Below are positions 9,199 to 17,916 of a stretch of DNA of 33,650 nt, piece after piece. Within the stretch, counting starts at the first letter, position 1. Each line of letters starts with the position of its first letter. Position numbers and translations under genes: made by a program. The notes under the pieces are model-generated. The model worked only from the letters and a program-made list of their open reading frames with translations, was not told the origin of the DNA and searched no databases. Source of the DNA: Nitriliruptorales bacterium (GTDB taxonomy: Bacteria; Actinomycetota; Nitriliruptoria; Euzebyales; Egibacteraceae); contig SKPY01000075.1 in NCBI GenBank assembly GCA_007119305.1, positions 1 through 33,650 on the forward strand, given 5' to 3'.

Positions 9199-9990
9199 GT
9201 GAGGATCATCTGCCCCGTGAAGCGGGTGCCGGACACCGCTGCCGAGAAGAAGATCGACGCGAGCACGAACACGGTCGACCGCGACGCGAGCGAGCCCGTG
9301 CTGAACGCCAACGACGAGTGGTCAATCGAAGAGGCGATGCGCATCAAGGAGCGCACGGACGGCACGGAGGTCATCGCGCTGTGCATGGGCCCCGAGGCGG
9401 CGCAGACGACCGTGCGCAAGGCGCTGTCGTACGGGCTCGACGGCGCGATCCAGGTCACCGATGACGCGCTGGCCGGCTCCGACGCCGTCGCGACCGCACG
9501 GGTGCTCGCTGCCGCGCTGGCCGACGAGGACTTCGACCTCATCATCATGGGCAACCAGTCATCCGACGCGCGGACGATGCTCGTGCCGGCGATGCTCGCC
9601 GAGTTCCTCGGGCTGCCGGCCCTGACCTACGCGAAGCGCCTCGAGCTCAGCGACGGCAAGGCGGTCGCCGACCGTGAGACGCCGACGGGCCACCAGACCG
9701 TGGAGGCGCCGCTGCCGGCGGTCGTGAGCGTCGTGGAGGCGATCAACGAGCCCCGCTACCCCTCGTTCAAGGGGATCATGGCAGCCAAGTCGAAGCCGCT
9801 GGCGTCGAAAGCGCTCGGTGACCTCGAGGTCGACGCCGGGGAGGTCGGGCTCGAGGGCTCGCGGACGCGGGTCGTCGAGATCACGCCGCGGCCCCCGAGG
9901 GAGGCCGGCGAGAAGGTCGAGGACGACGGCTCGGGGCAGGTCGGCGCGCAGGCGCTGGCCGACTTCCTCGCCGCGCAGAAGCTGATCTAG
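9199..9990 (+). CDS. etfB: Electron transfer flavoprotein beta subunit
   Basis: GTG start preceded by GGAGGA. The N-terminus MRIICPVKRVPDT is typical of EtfB/FixA, as is the internal LIIMGNQSSD motif. etfA follows directly. Confidence 0.9.
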   Translation: MRIICPVKRVPDTAAEKKIDASTNTVDRDASEPVLNANDEWSIEEAMRIKERTDGTEVIALCMGPEAAQTTVRKALSYGLDGAIQVTDDALAGSDAVATARVLAAALADEDFDLIIMGNQSSDARTMLVPAMLAEFLGLPALTYAKRLELSDGKAVADRETPTGHQTVEAPLPAVVSVVEAINEPRYPSFKGIMAAKSKPLASKALGDLEVDAGEVGLEGSRTRVVEITPRPPREAGEKVEDDGSGQVGAQALADFLAAQKLI

Positions 9991-10025
9991 CCCAGACGGG
10001 GCACGCGAAGGAGCAGGAGAGCGCC

Positions 10026-10997
10026 ATGGCAGACATCCTCGTCCTCGTCGATCACGACCAGGGCACACCGAAGAAGGTCTCGAACCAGATCCTGACGGCC
10101 GCACGTGGCCTCGGCGACGATGTGCACGCCGCCGTGTTCGGTCCGGGCGCGGCCGACGCCGGCGCGAAGGCCGGGGCCTACGGGGCGTCGAAGGCGTTCG
10201 TCTGGGAGGCCGACGACGTCCACGACTACGCGACGGAGCCCCTCGCCGCGGGACTCGTCGCAGCCATCGAGGCATCGGGTGCGCAGGCGCTGTGCTACCC
10301 GGCCGACCCGTTCCTCGCCGACGCGGTCGCGCGGGCGGCGGTGCGCCTCGGTGGCGGAGTCATCACGGACGCGGTCGACCTCGAAGCCGACGGGGAAGTG
10401 CTCGTGGCCACCAAGGCGATCTTCGGCGGCGACATGGTCTCCAAGTGCCACGTGGTCGCCGGCGCGCGGCAGTTCATCGGCGTGAAGCCGAACGCGTTCA
10501 CGGCGGAGGAGTCCGGCGGTTCCCCGGCCGAGGTCGTGGAGCTGTCCGTCGACCTCGACGACGCTGCCAGGCGCGCGCGGGTCATCGACGTGGTCGAGGC
10601 CGAAGCCGGTGGCCGGCCGGAGATGACCGAGGCGTCGATCATCGTGGCCGGTGGCCGGGGCCTCGGCGACGCCGAGGGGTTCGGCCTCATCGAGCAGCTC
10701 GCGGACGCCCTCGGTGCTGCCGTGGGGGCGTCACGCGCGGCGACCGACGCGGGCTGGTACCCGCACCAGCACCAGATCGGGCAGACCGGCAAGACGGTGT
10801 CGCCGCAGCTGTACATCGGCGCCGGGATCTCCGGGGCGATCCAGCATCGTGCCGGCATGCAGACCTCGCAGACGATCTGTGTGATCAACAAGGACGAAGA
10901 GGCACCGATCTTCTCGATCGCCGACTTCGGCGTGGTCGGCGACCTCTACAAGATCATCCCGCCGCTGGTGGAGGAGATCAACAAGCGCAAGGAGTAG
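10026..10997 (+). CDS. etfA: Electron transfer flavoprotein alpha subunit
   Basis: 323 aa with the C-terminal FAD-binding region SRAATDAGWYPHQHQIGQTGKTVSPQLYIGAGISGAIQHRAGM. Confidence 0.9.
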   Translation: MADILVLVDHDQGTPKKVSNQILTAARGLGDDVHAAVFGPGAADAGAKAGAYGASKAFVWEADDVHDYATEPLAAGLVAAIEASGAQALCYPADPFLADAVARAAVRLGGGVITDAVDLEADGEVLVATKAIFGGDMVSKCHVVAGARQFIGVKPNAFTAEESGGSPAEVVELSVDLDDAARRARVIDVVEAEAGGRPEMTEASIIVAGGRGLGDAEGFGLIEQLADALGAAVGASRAATDAGWYPHQHQIGQTGKTVSPQLYIGAGISGAIQHRAGMQTSQTICVINKDEEAPIFSIADFGVVGDLYKIIPPLVEEINKRKE

Positions 10998-11037
10998 CGG
11001 GCCCGCTGCTTCCCCGCGTGCACCGTCGGGTGCCGCG

Positions 11038-11143
11038 CCGCGTGGCGCTCCCGGCGGGGCCGCGGCGTGTCTGCAGCCGGTGGGGCCCTCCCGCGTGGCG
11101 CTTTCGGCGGGGCCCGCGGCGTGTGTGCCGCTGGCGGGAACCC
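11038..11143. repeat. Imperfect tandem direct repeat (2 x about 53 bp) in the etfA-PBP intergenic region
   Basis: CCGCGTGGCGCTCCCGGCGGGGCCGCGGCGTGTCTGC (about 11038-11074) recurs as CCGCGTGGCGCTTTCGGCGGGGCCCGCGGCGTGTGTGC (about 11091-11128). The flanks are similar too (GCCGGTGGGGCCC versus GCTGGCGGGAACC). Each unit holds a GCCGCGGC-type palindrome. Confidence 0.6.
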
Positions 11144-11208
11144 GCACGGCGTGCCCTGCGTTGTGAATACTACGATTGCGCTAGTAGCACCGTAGGAAGA
11201 CCACCGCG

Positions 11209-13254
11209 ATGCACCTCTTCCCCGACGAGAGGCCGCAGCCCCTCCGTCGCATCGTGGACCGTCGCCCCCCGAGCCCTGCGCGGCGCGGCCAGACCGTGCT
11301 GGTCGCCAGCTGGCTGGCCCGCGCGGTCGCGCTCGTCGTCGGCGTGGGACTCGCCCTGCAGGGCCTCGAGCCGTTGTTGGCACGCACTGTGGCAGCCACG
11401 GCCGCGGCGTTGCGCCACGCCGTGGCGGTGCAGCTGGTGCTGCCCGACCCCGACCCGCTCCCCGAGCTCGCCGAGCGCTCCGTCGTCGTCGCGGGCGGCA
11501 GCGACCGGGTGCGCCTGGCGACGCTGCACGCAGAGCACAACCGCTGCATCGTGGCGCTGGATGAGCTGCCGGCGCATGCTGTGCAGGCGGTGCTGGTGGC
11601 CGAGGACCGCCGCTTCTTCGAGCACGACGGCTTCGACCCCCGGGCAGTGGCCCGGGCCGGCCTCGCCAACCTGCGCGCACGTGACATCGTGCAGGGCGGC
11701 TCGACGATCCCCCAGCAGCTGGCCAAGACGCTCGTCGGCGACGAGGTCACCTTCGAGCGCAAGTACCACGAGCTGCTCATCGCGCTCGCCCTCGAACGGC
11801 GCCACGACAAAGAGGTGCTGCTCGAACGGTACGTGAACGAGGTGTACCTCGGTGCCGGCGCGTACGGCATCGAGGCAGCGGCACAGGAGTACTTCGCGGT
11901 GTCGGCAGCGCAGCTGCGGGTAGAGCAGGCCGCCCTGCTGGCCGGACTGATCCGCTCCCCGGAGCGCTTGAGCCCCCGGCGCCAGCCGGAGCGCGCCCTC
12001 GCCCGCCGCGGCGCCATCCTCGCGGGCATGGCCGCCGAGGGCTACCTGGACAGCGCCACGGCGGCACGGCTGCAGGCCCTGCCGCTCGGCGTCCTCCCCG
12101 CACGCGAGCGCGACACGGTCGCCCCGCACATCGTCGAGGCCGTCAAGCGGGAGTTCCTCGCACTCCCCGCCGTGGGGGAGAGCTGGCACGACCGCAGGCA
12201 GCTGCTCTTCGAGGGTGGGGTCACGATCGAGACCACGATCGACATGGTCGCACAGCGCCGCGCTGAGTGGCTCCTCCGCGAGCACGTGCCGGCAGGCGAC
12301 GTGGCCGGCGCCATCGCCGCCGTGGACCCACGCGACGGCAGGGTGCTGGCCGCCGCCACCGGGCGCGACTTCCACGAGGAGCAGTTCAACCTCGCGCTCC
12401 AGGGGCGCCGCCATCCCGGCAGCGCGTTCAAGACGTTCGTGCTCGTCGCCGGGCTGGAGCAGGGCCTGCCGCTGTCGACAACGCTGGAGGGTCGCAGCGG
12501 CGCCACGTTCGGAACCGAGCGCACCACCGGTCCGTGGGCGGTGCGGGGGGTCCGCAACTTCGGTGGGCGCAGCTGGGGCGAGGTCGACGCCCGTACGGCG
12601 CTGGTCCGCAGCGTCAACACCGCCTTCGCCGACCTCGTCCTGCGCGTCGGGACGCCCGCCATGCTCGACGTCACGGACCGGGTCGGCATCAGTCGCGCGG
12701 CCTACGGGGGCCGCGCCACCCCCGCCAGCGCGCTGGGCGGCCTCGACCGGGGCGTCACACCGCTGGAGATGGCCTCCGCCTACGGCGTCTTCGCGGTCGG
12801 CGGCGAGCATGCGCGGCCCCACCTGATCGCAGCGGTCGTCGACCGCGACGGCACTGCGCTCTACCGGGCGGCGGCCAGCCGGGAGCGGGCGGTCGACCCG
12901 GACGTGAGCGCGGTGGTGCGCGCTGTGCTGGAGGAGGTCGTGCGCTCGGGCACCGGCGTGCACGCCCAGCTCGCAGGGTGGCCGGTGGCGGGCAAGACCG
13001 GCACCAGCCAGGACCACGCCGACGTGTGGTTCGCCGGCGCCACACCGACGCTTGCGGCCGCGGTCTGGGTCGGCAACCCGGACGCGCGCACGCCGTTGCA
13101 CGGGATGAGCAGCTCCCGCACCGCCGCGCCCCTGTGGCGCGCGTTCATGGAGCAGGAGCTGGCGGACAAGCGTCCGCAGGCCTTCCCCGGCGCGGACCGG
13201 CCGTTGCCCGCGCCGCTGCTCGGCTCACCCGAGGACGACGGCGACGAGACCTGA
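11209..13254 (+). CDS. Class A penicillin-binding protein (glycosyltransferase GT51 plus transpeptidase)
   Basis: It has an N-terminal TM anchor. GT51 motifs are AEDRRFFEHDGFD, GGSTIPQQLAK and RKYHELLIALALERRHDKEVLLERYVNEVYLG. Transpeptidase motifs are SAFK (SxxK), SVN (SxN) and KTGTS (KTG). Confidence 0.9.
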   Translation: MHLFPDERPQPLRRIVDRRPPSPARRGQTVLVASWLARAVALVVGVGLALQGLEPLLARTVAATAAALRHAVAVQLVLPDPDPLPELAERSVVVAGGSDRVRLATLHAEHNRCIVALDELPAHAVQAVLVAEDRRFFEHDGFDPRAVARAGLANLRARDIVQGGSTIPQQLAKTLVGDEVTFERKYHELLIALALERRHDKEVLLERYVNEVYLGAGAYGIEAAAQEYFAVSAAQLRVEQAALLAGLIRSPERLSPRRQPERALARRGAILAGMAAEGYLDSATAARLQALPLGVLPARERDTVAPHIVEAVKREFLALPAVGESWHDRRQLLFEGGVTIETTIDMVAQRRAEWLLREHVPAGDVAGAIAAVDPRDGRVLAAATGRDFHEEQFNLALQGRRHPGSAFKTFVLVAGLEQGLPLSTTLEGRSGATFGTERTTGPWAVRGVRNFGGRSWGEVDARTALVRSVNTAFADLVLRVGTPAMLDVTDRVGISRAAYGGRATPASALGGLDRGVTPLEMASAYGVFAVGGEHARPHLIAAVVDRDGTALYRAAASRERAVDPDVSAVVRAVLEEVVRSGTGVHAQLAGWPVAGKTGTSQDHADVWFAGATPTLAAAVWVGNPDARTPLHGMSSSRTAAPLWRAFMEQELADKRPQAFPGADRPLPAPLLGSPEDDGDET

Positions 13255-13356
13255 CGCGCTCGGTCGTCCCCGTGGCACGGCGTATGATGCGTGGCCGCTT
13301 CCCCTGATGGTTGGAGTGCAGACGGTGCTGCCGGTGACCGCCGCCCGCCCGGAGCC

Positions 13357-13857
13357 ATGAGCGGGCAGCACGTGGAGATCCGCCCCGTGCGCAGCGCCGA
13401 GCAGGCCCAGCTCGGTGCGGTGACCGTGGCCGCCTACGCGGCAGCGCTCGGCCCCGCGCTCGACGACGGGTACGCGCAGGTGCTGCGAGACGTGGCGGGA
13501 CGGGCGACAGCCGACACCGTCCTCGTCGCGGTGGAGGGCGACCGTGTGCTCGGTGGGGTGACCTACGTCGGCGATCCCGACAGCCCCAACGCGGAGTTCC
13601 CGCAGCGCGACGATGCCGGCATCCGCTACCTCGCCGTAGACCCGGCCGCGGGCGGACAAGGGCTGGGAGCCCTGCTCGTGCGGGCCTGCATCGACTGGGC
13701 CCGGGCCGAGGGCAAGCACCGGATCGTCCTGCACACCATCGCCGCGCTGAGCGCCGCCCAGCGCCTGTATGGCCGCCTCGGCTTCACGCGTGCGCCCGAC
13801 CTCGACTGGGAGCCGGAGCCGGGGTTGCACCTCGTGGCGTTCACCTATGCCCTGTAG
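13357..13857 (+). CDS. GNAT family N-acetyltransferase
   Basis: The ATG is codon 23 of ORF 13291..13857. The acetyl-CoA binding motif is LAVDPAAGGQGLGALLV, followed by ...YGRLGF. Confidence 0.8.
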   Translation: MSGQHVEIRPVRSAEQAQLGAVTVAAYAAALGPALDDGYAQVLRDVAGRATADTVLVAVEGDRVLGGVTYVGDPDSPNAEFPQRDDAGIRYLAVDPAAGGQGLGALLVRACIDWARAEGKHRIVLHTIAALSAAQRLYGRLGFTRAPDLDWEPEPGLHLVAFTYAL

Positions 13858-13912
13858 CGACGTGCGCAGCGGTGAGGCACGGTGGCGGCGGCGGTGCGCT
13901 AGCGTCGAGGTC

Positions 13913-15073
13913 ATGTCGGCCTACCTGGACCACGCCGCCACGACCCCCATCGACCCGTCCGTGTGGGACGCCATGCGCCCGTATCTCGAGGGGCGGCATG
14001 GGAACGCCTCCTCCCTGCACGCGGCAGGCCGGGAGGCGCGGGCGGCGGTCGAGACTGCCCGCGAGCAGGTCGCTCAGGCGCTCGGTGTCGCCCCCCTCGA
14101 CGTGCTGTTCACCAGCGGCGGAACAGAGGCCGACAACCTGGCCGTCAAGGGCCTTGCGTGGGCAGGCCGCGACGCGGGGCAGGGCGCGCACCTCGTCACC
14201 ACCGCCATCGAGCACCACGCGGTGCTCGAGTCGGCTGAGTGGCTGGCCGCGCGCCAGGGCTTCGCCGTCACGGTCGTGCCGGTCGAGCGCGACGGCCTCG
14301 TCGACCCCGAAAGGCTGCTCGATGCTGTGCGCCCCGACACCGTCGTCGTGTCGGTGATGGCGGCGAACAACGAGATCGGCACGGTGCAGCCGCTCGAGGT
14401 GATCGGACCCGCGTTGGCCGACCGCGGGGTGGCGTTCCACACCGACGCGGTGCAGGCGTTCGGGCGCTCGCGGCTCGACCTCGCCGCCTGGGGCATCGGC
14501 GCCCTGGCGTTGTCCGCGCACAAGTTCAACGGCCCGAAGGGCGTCGGGGTGCTCGTCCTGGGGCGTGACCTCGCCTGCGAGCAGGTGCTGCACGGGGGCG
14601 GACAGGAGCGGGGGGTGCGGTCGGGCACCCTCAACACCGCAGGCATCGTCGGCTGCGGTGCCGCCGCCGAGCTCACGGCGACCACGAGGGCCGACGAGGT
14701 CCCACGGCTGCGCGCGCTGCGTGATCGTCTGCTGGACGGCCTCGCGGCGATCGACGGGGTCAGCCTCAACGGCTCACGCGAGCGCCGCCTGCCCCACAAC
14801 GCGCATGTCGCGATCGCTGGCTGCGACGGGGAGGCGCTGCTGCTCGCGCTCGACGCCGCCGGCGTGGCCGCGTCAACCGGCTCGGCCTGCCAGTCCGGCG
14901 CTGCCGAGCCGAGCCACGTGCTGCGCGCCATCGGCGCCCCGACCGAGCAGGTGGCCCACCTGCGTTTCACGTGCGGGCGCACGACCACGCAGGCGGACGT
15001 CGACCTCGCCGCCTCGGCCTGCACCGATGCCGTGAAGCGCCTGCGCGCCGTGGGCGGCGGTGCCCTGGCCTGA
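13913..15073 (+). CDS. iscS: Cysteine desulfurase (NifS/IscS class, PLP-dependent)
   Basis: The ATG is codon 49 of ORF 13769..15073. The N-terminus is YLDHAATTP, the PLP-lysine motif is LSAHKFNGPKGVG and the catalytic Cys loop is STGSACQSG. In a conserved arrangement it normally sits directly upstream of mnmA. Confidence 0.9.
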   Translation: MSAYLDHAATTPIDPSVWDAMRPYLEGRHGNASSLHAAGREARAAVETAREQVAQALGVAPLDVLFTSGGTEADNLAVKGLAWAGRDAGQGAHLVTTAIEHHAVLESAEWLAARQGFAVTVVPVERDGLVDPERLLDAVRPDTVVVSVMAANNEIGTVQPLEVIGPALADRGVAFHTDAVQAFGRSRLDLAAWGIGALALSAHKFNGPKGVGVLVLGRDLACEQVLHGGGQERGVRSGTLNTAGIVGCGAAAELTATTRADEVPRLRALRDRLLDGLAAIDGVSLNGSRERRLPHNAHVAIAGCDGEALLLALDAAGVAASTGSACQSGAAEPSHVLRAIGAPTEQVAHLRFTCGRTTTQADVDLAASACTDAVKRLRAVGGGALA

Positions 15074-15190
15074 TCCCTGTCACCGCACCCGACACCCCGA
15101 CCGCAGCCGTGGGCGAGCGTGAACGTGCGACGGGCCGCCGGATGTGAACCCCTCGGCTGTGCGCCGCGCGGGCCAGGCTCCCGCGGAGCC

Positions 15191-15220
15191 TGTGTTACCA
15201 TGTACATCGCTACAAGCACA
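15191..15220 (+). promoter_or_regulatory. Candidate parDE promoter/operator (AT-richer patch with the 8-bp palindrome ATGTACAT)
   Basis: TGTGTTACCATGTACATCGCTACAAGCACA lies about 20-50 nt upstream of the parD ATG. It is the only low-GC stretch in this intergenic region, and RHH antitoxins typically autoregulate through palindromes at this position. Confidence 0.25.
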
Positions 15221-15238
15221 CCGAGATGGGGTCGCGCC

Positions 15239-15535
15239 ATGGCCGACAGCACCTTCACGTTTCGCGTGGACGACGAGCTGAAGGCGGCATTCGCTGAGGT
15301 AGCAGCAGCCCAGGAGCACACGGCTGCGCAGCTTCTCCGCGTGCTCATGCGCGATGCGGTTCAGCGTTGGCACGAAGCGCAGGAACACGACGTGTGGTTC
15401 CGTAGCGAGGTCGAGCAAGCGGTCCGCGAGGCCGCCGATCCAACGGTTGATCGCATCCCCCATGATCGGGTGATCTCGAGTTGGCGCCAGCAGCGGGCTG
15501 AGCTGGAGCGCCGCGCAGCCGGTCGGACTGCGTGA
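15239..15535 (+). CDS. parD: Ribbon-helix-helix antitoxin (RelB/DinJ/ParD-like), partner of the ParE-family toxin
   Basis: 98 aa from the ATG at codon 41 of ORF 15119..15535. The N-terminal beta-strand/helix pattern FTFRVDDELKAAFAEVAAAQEHTAAQLLRVLMRDAV is typical of RHH antitoxins. Its stop overlaps the toxin start (GTGA). Confidence 0.75.
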   Translation: MADSTFTFRVDDELKAAFAEVAAAQEHTAAQLLRVLMRDAVQRWHEAQEHDVWFRSEVEQAVREAADPTVDRIPHDRVISSWRQQRAELERRAAGRTA

Positions 15536-15813
15536 GGGTCGAGTGGCTGCCTGAGGCCGAACGGAGCCTCGCGGCCCAACTCGAATGGATCGCTGAGCAC
15601 AACCCATGGGCGGCCCTCGACATGGGCGATGCCATTCACGCGGCAGTGGGACGTCTCGCTGACTACCCAGCGATGGCGCGGTCAGGGCGAGTCGCCGGAA
15701 CCCGCGAGTTGGTCGTCGTGGGCACCCCGTACAGCGTGGTCTACCGCATCGGACCGTCCGCTGTGGTCATCCTCCGCGTGCTGCACGGCGCGCAGCGCTG
15801 GCCCAGCGACTGA
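15532..15813 (+). CDS. parE: Type II toxin, RelE/ParE family
   Basis: 93 aa with a ParE-like pattern: EAERSLAAQLEWIAEHNPWAA...GRVAGTRELVVVGTPYSVVYRIGPSAVVILRVLHGAQ. Confidence 0.85.
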   Translation: MRVEWLPEAERSLAAQLEWIAEHNPWAALDMGDAIHAAVGRLADYPAMARSGRVAGTRELVVVGTPYSVVYRIGPSAVVILRVLHGAQRWPSD

Positions 15814-15819
15814 CGAGCG

Positions 15820-15975
15820 CCCGATCTGCTCGGCGAGGTCATCGTGAAGGTCGGGGAACGCCTCGACGTACATCTGTGGCATCTTCACCGCCGCGTCGGG
15901 ACTCTGGCCGAGCCCGAGCTCCTCGGGCACGTGGACGACGGCGTCGTCGGTGACGCACTCGCGGAAACGCTGGGT
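15820..15975 (-). pseudogene. Remnant of a SnoaL-like ester cyclase gene (central about 50 codons only)
   Basis: The minus-strand translation QRFRECVTDDAVVHVPEELGLGQSPDAAVKMPQMYVEAFPDLHDDLAEQI matches the N-terminal half of ester-cyclase-type proteins (the ...AFPDLH...IAEGD pattern). The 3' half is missing because the frame runs antisense into parE. No credible start codon or complete N-terminus is present. Confidence 0.35.
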
Positions 15976-16295
15976 GCTCGTTGGTGACCTCGCCCTCGCG
16001 CAGTTGGCCCGCGTAGGATGAGCGGCCGCAGATCGAGGTGGCGTGCCCCTTCTCGCGCGGCAGCCGCAGGTGCCGGTACGGCTCGTGGCGCGGAGGCGGT
16101 CCAGCGCCGGCAGGCCGCTCGTTTGCGTAGCGGTTCCCGTCGACATGGCCTGCTCATCCCGATGGGTTCAGCCGGTGCAGGCACCTCGCGCCGGGGCCGG
16201 TCGGCAGCGCCTCGGTAGGGCTGCCTATCTTGCTGGGGCCGGTTTCGGCCCTGTACGGGTCCCCGGGACGCACCTAGACTCACTCGGCGGGTGAT

Positions 16296-17840
16296 GTGAT
16301 GCGGCTTGCGGACTTGTTGGCGGGACTGTCGCGGCTCGCTGACCTGGGGTTTGGGATTCCGGCGGGGGAGGCGCTGCGAGCGGCTGCGCTGAGCCTGGTG
16401 CTCGGCCGCTCGCTCAACCTGTCGGATGACGACCTCCGTGCGGGGATGTACACCGCGCTGCTGCACCACGTGGGCTGCACCGGGTACGCGCACGAGGCTG
16501 CACGGGCCGTCGGTGACGAGCTGACCATGTACTCGGTGACCGCGCAGACCGACCTGGCCGCCCCCAAGGAGATGTTCACGGTCCTCCTGCCGGGGTTGAC
16601 CCGCGGGCATCCGCTGCTGGAGCGGGCCAGGTTGGCGCTGGTCACGTTCACCCGCGGGCAGCGCATCGGGGTCGAGTCGACTACCGCCGCCTGCGAGGTG
16701 GGTCGTGACGCCGCACGTCGTCTGGGCCTGTCCGAGCAGGTGCAGCACAGCCTGTACCGCTCCTATGAGTGGTGGAACGGCAAGGGGGTTCCCGACGGGC
16801 TGGTCGGCGACGACATCCCGGTAGGCGCCCGGCTTGCGGCGCTGACCAGCACCGCGGCCCTGCTGGATGCCACCGCTGACGTCGAGCGGGCTGTCGAGGT
16901 TGTTCGGGGTGGCAGCGGCAAGTTGTTCGACCCCGAGCTCGCCGCCCGCTTCGCCGATGACGCCGTGAGCCTGCTCGGCGAGGTCAACGCCGCCGACCCC
17001 CAGCAGCTGGTGCTCGACGGCGAGCCCCGCCCGGTGATGAACGTAGCGGAGCCGGCCCTCGTTGAGGTCGCCACCGTCTTCGGCGACCTGGCCGACTTGA
17101 AGACCCCCTACACCCACGGCCACTCGCGCGAGGTCGCGACGCTGGCGCGCGACGCCGGCGAGCGGCTCGGCCTGTCGGCCGGCGACCTCGGCGACCTCGA
17201 GGCAGCGGCGCTGCTCCACGACGTCGGCCGGGTCGCGGTCTCCTCGGCCGTGTGGGACAAGCCCGGCCCGCTGAGCGCCCACGAGTGGGAGCAGGTGCGG
17301 CTGCACGCCTACCACTCCGAGCGCATCCTGGCCGCCTCCGAGCGGCTGGCGCCGCTGGCGTCGCTGGTCGGCGGCCACCACGAGCGCTGCGACGGCAGCG
17401 GCTACCACCGCGGCTGCACCCACGCCGAGCTGTCGCTGCCGGCCCGGGTGCTGGCCGCCGCCGACGCCTACCAGGCCATGACCCAACCGCGTCCGCACCG
17501 GCCGGCGCGGACCCCCGAGCAGGCCGAGGCGCAGGTGTGCGCCGACGTCGACACCCGACGCCTCGACCCGGACGCGGTAGGGGCCGTGCTCACCGCTGCC
17601 GGCCACCAGGCGGTGGTCCGCCGACAGCCGCCCGCGGGGCTGACCGACCGCGAGGTGGAGGTGCTCGCCCTGGTCGCCGAGGGGTGCAGCAACAAGCAGA
17701 TCGCCCAACGGCTGGTGATCTCCCGGCGCACCGCCGAGCACCACGTGCAGCACATCTACACCAAGATCGGCGCCTCCAGCCGGGCCGCCGCGGCGCTGTT
17801 CGCCATGGAGCACAAGCTGCTCGCACCGCAAGGTAGGTAA
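16296..17840 (+). CDS. HD-GYP-type phosphohydrolase domain protein fused to a LuxR-family HTH (transcriptional regulator)
   Basis: 514 aa. The N-terminal HD-like module is degenerate (LLHHVGCTGY in place of HD). The second module is intact, with AALLHDVGRV and HHERCDGSGYHRG. The C-terminal LuxR/GerE HTH is LTDREVEVLALVAEGCSNKQIAQRLVISRRTAEHHVQHIYTKIG. Confidence 0.85.
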   Translation: MMRLADLLAGLSRLADLGFGIPAGEALRAAALSLVLGRSLNLSDDDLRAGMYTALLHHVGCTGYAHEAARAVGDELTMYSVTAQTDLAAPKEMFTVLLPGLTRGHPLLERARLALVTFTRGQRIGVESTTAACEVGRDAARRLGLSEQVQHSLYRSYEWWNGKGVPDGLVGDDIPVGARLAALTSTAALLDATADVERAVEVVRGGSGKLFDPELAARFADDAVSLLGEVNAADPQQLVLDGEPRPVMNVAEPALVEVATVFGDLADLKTPYTHGHSREVATLARDAGERLGLSAGDLGDLEAAALLHDVGRVAVSSAVWDKPGPLSAHEWEQVRLHAYHSERILAASERLAPLASLVGGHHERCDGSGYHRGCTHAELSLPARVLAAADAYQAMTQPRPHRPARTPEQAEAQVCADVDTRRLDPDAVGAVLTAAGHQAVVRRQPPAGLTDREVEVLALVAEGCSNKQIAQRLVISRRTAEHHVQHIYTKIGASSRAAAALFAMEHKLLAPQGR

Positions 17841-17916
17841 CCCTACCGATGCGCTCTGACCGGTCGTGGTAGATGCTGCCGGTCCCGGTTGCACCCGACG
17901 GGAAGCGAAGTCCGGC

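Noticed and set aside
8127-9554. A 475-aa minus-strand ORF overlapping the enoyl-CoA hydratase and etfB genes.
   Set aside because: It is antisense to two motif-supported genes and it bridges a clearly non-coding spacer. Its composition is Ser/Ala/Arg-rich with no motifs.
15990-16080. A minus-strand alternative frame reading ...HATSICGRSSYAGQLREGEV..., reminiscent of the MCGR N-terminus of SRAP/YedK abasic-site processing proteins.
   Set aside because: The position of the obligatory Met-Cys is Ile-Cys with no start codon. The similarity does not extend beyond four residues, and the frame is not open for a full-length protein.
15682-16146. A 154-aa minus-strand ORF as a complete gene.
   Set aside because: Its 3' third is antisense to parE and its 5' third is Arg/Thr-rich with no similarity. 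Only the central segment looks like an ester cyclase, so it is treated as a remnant.
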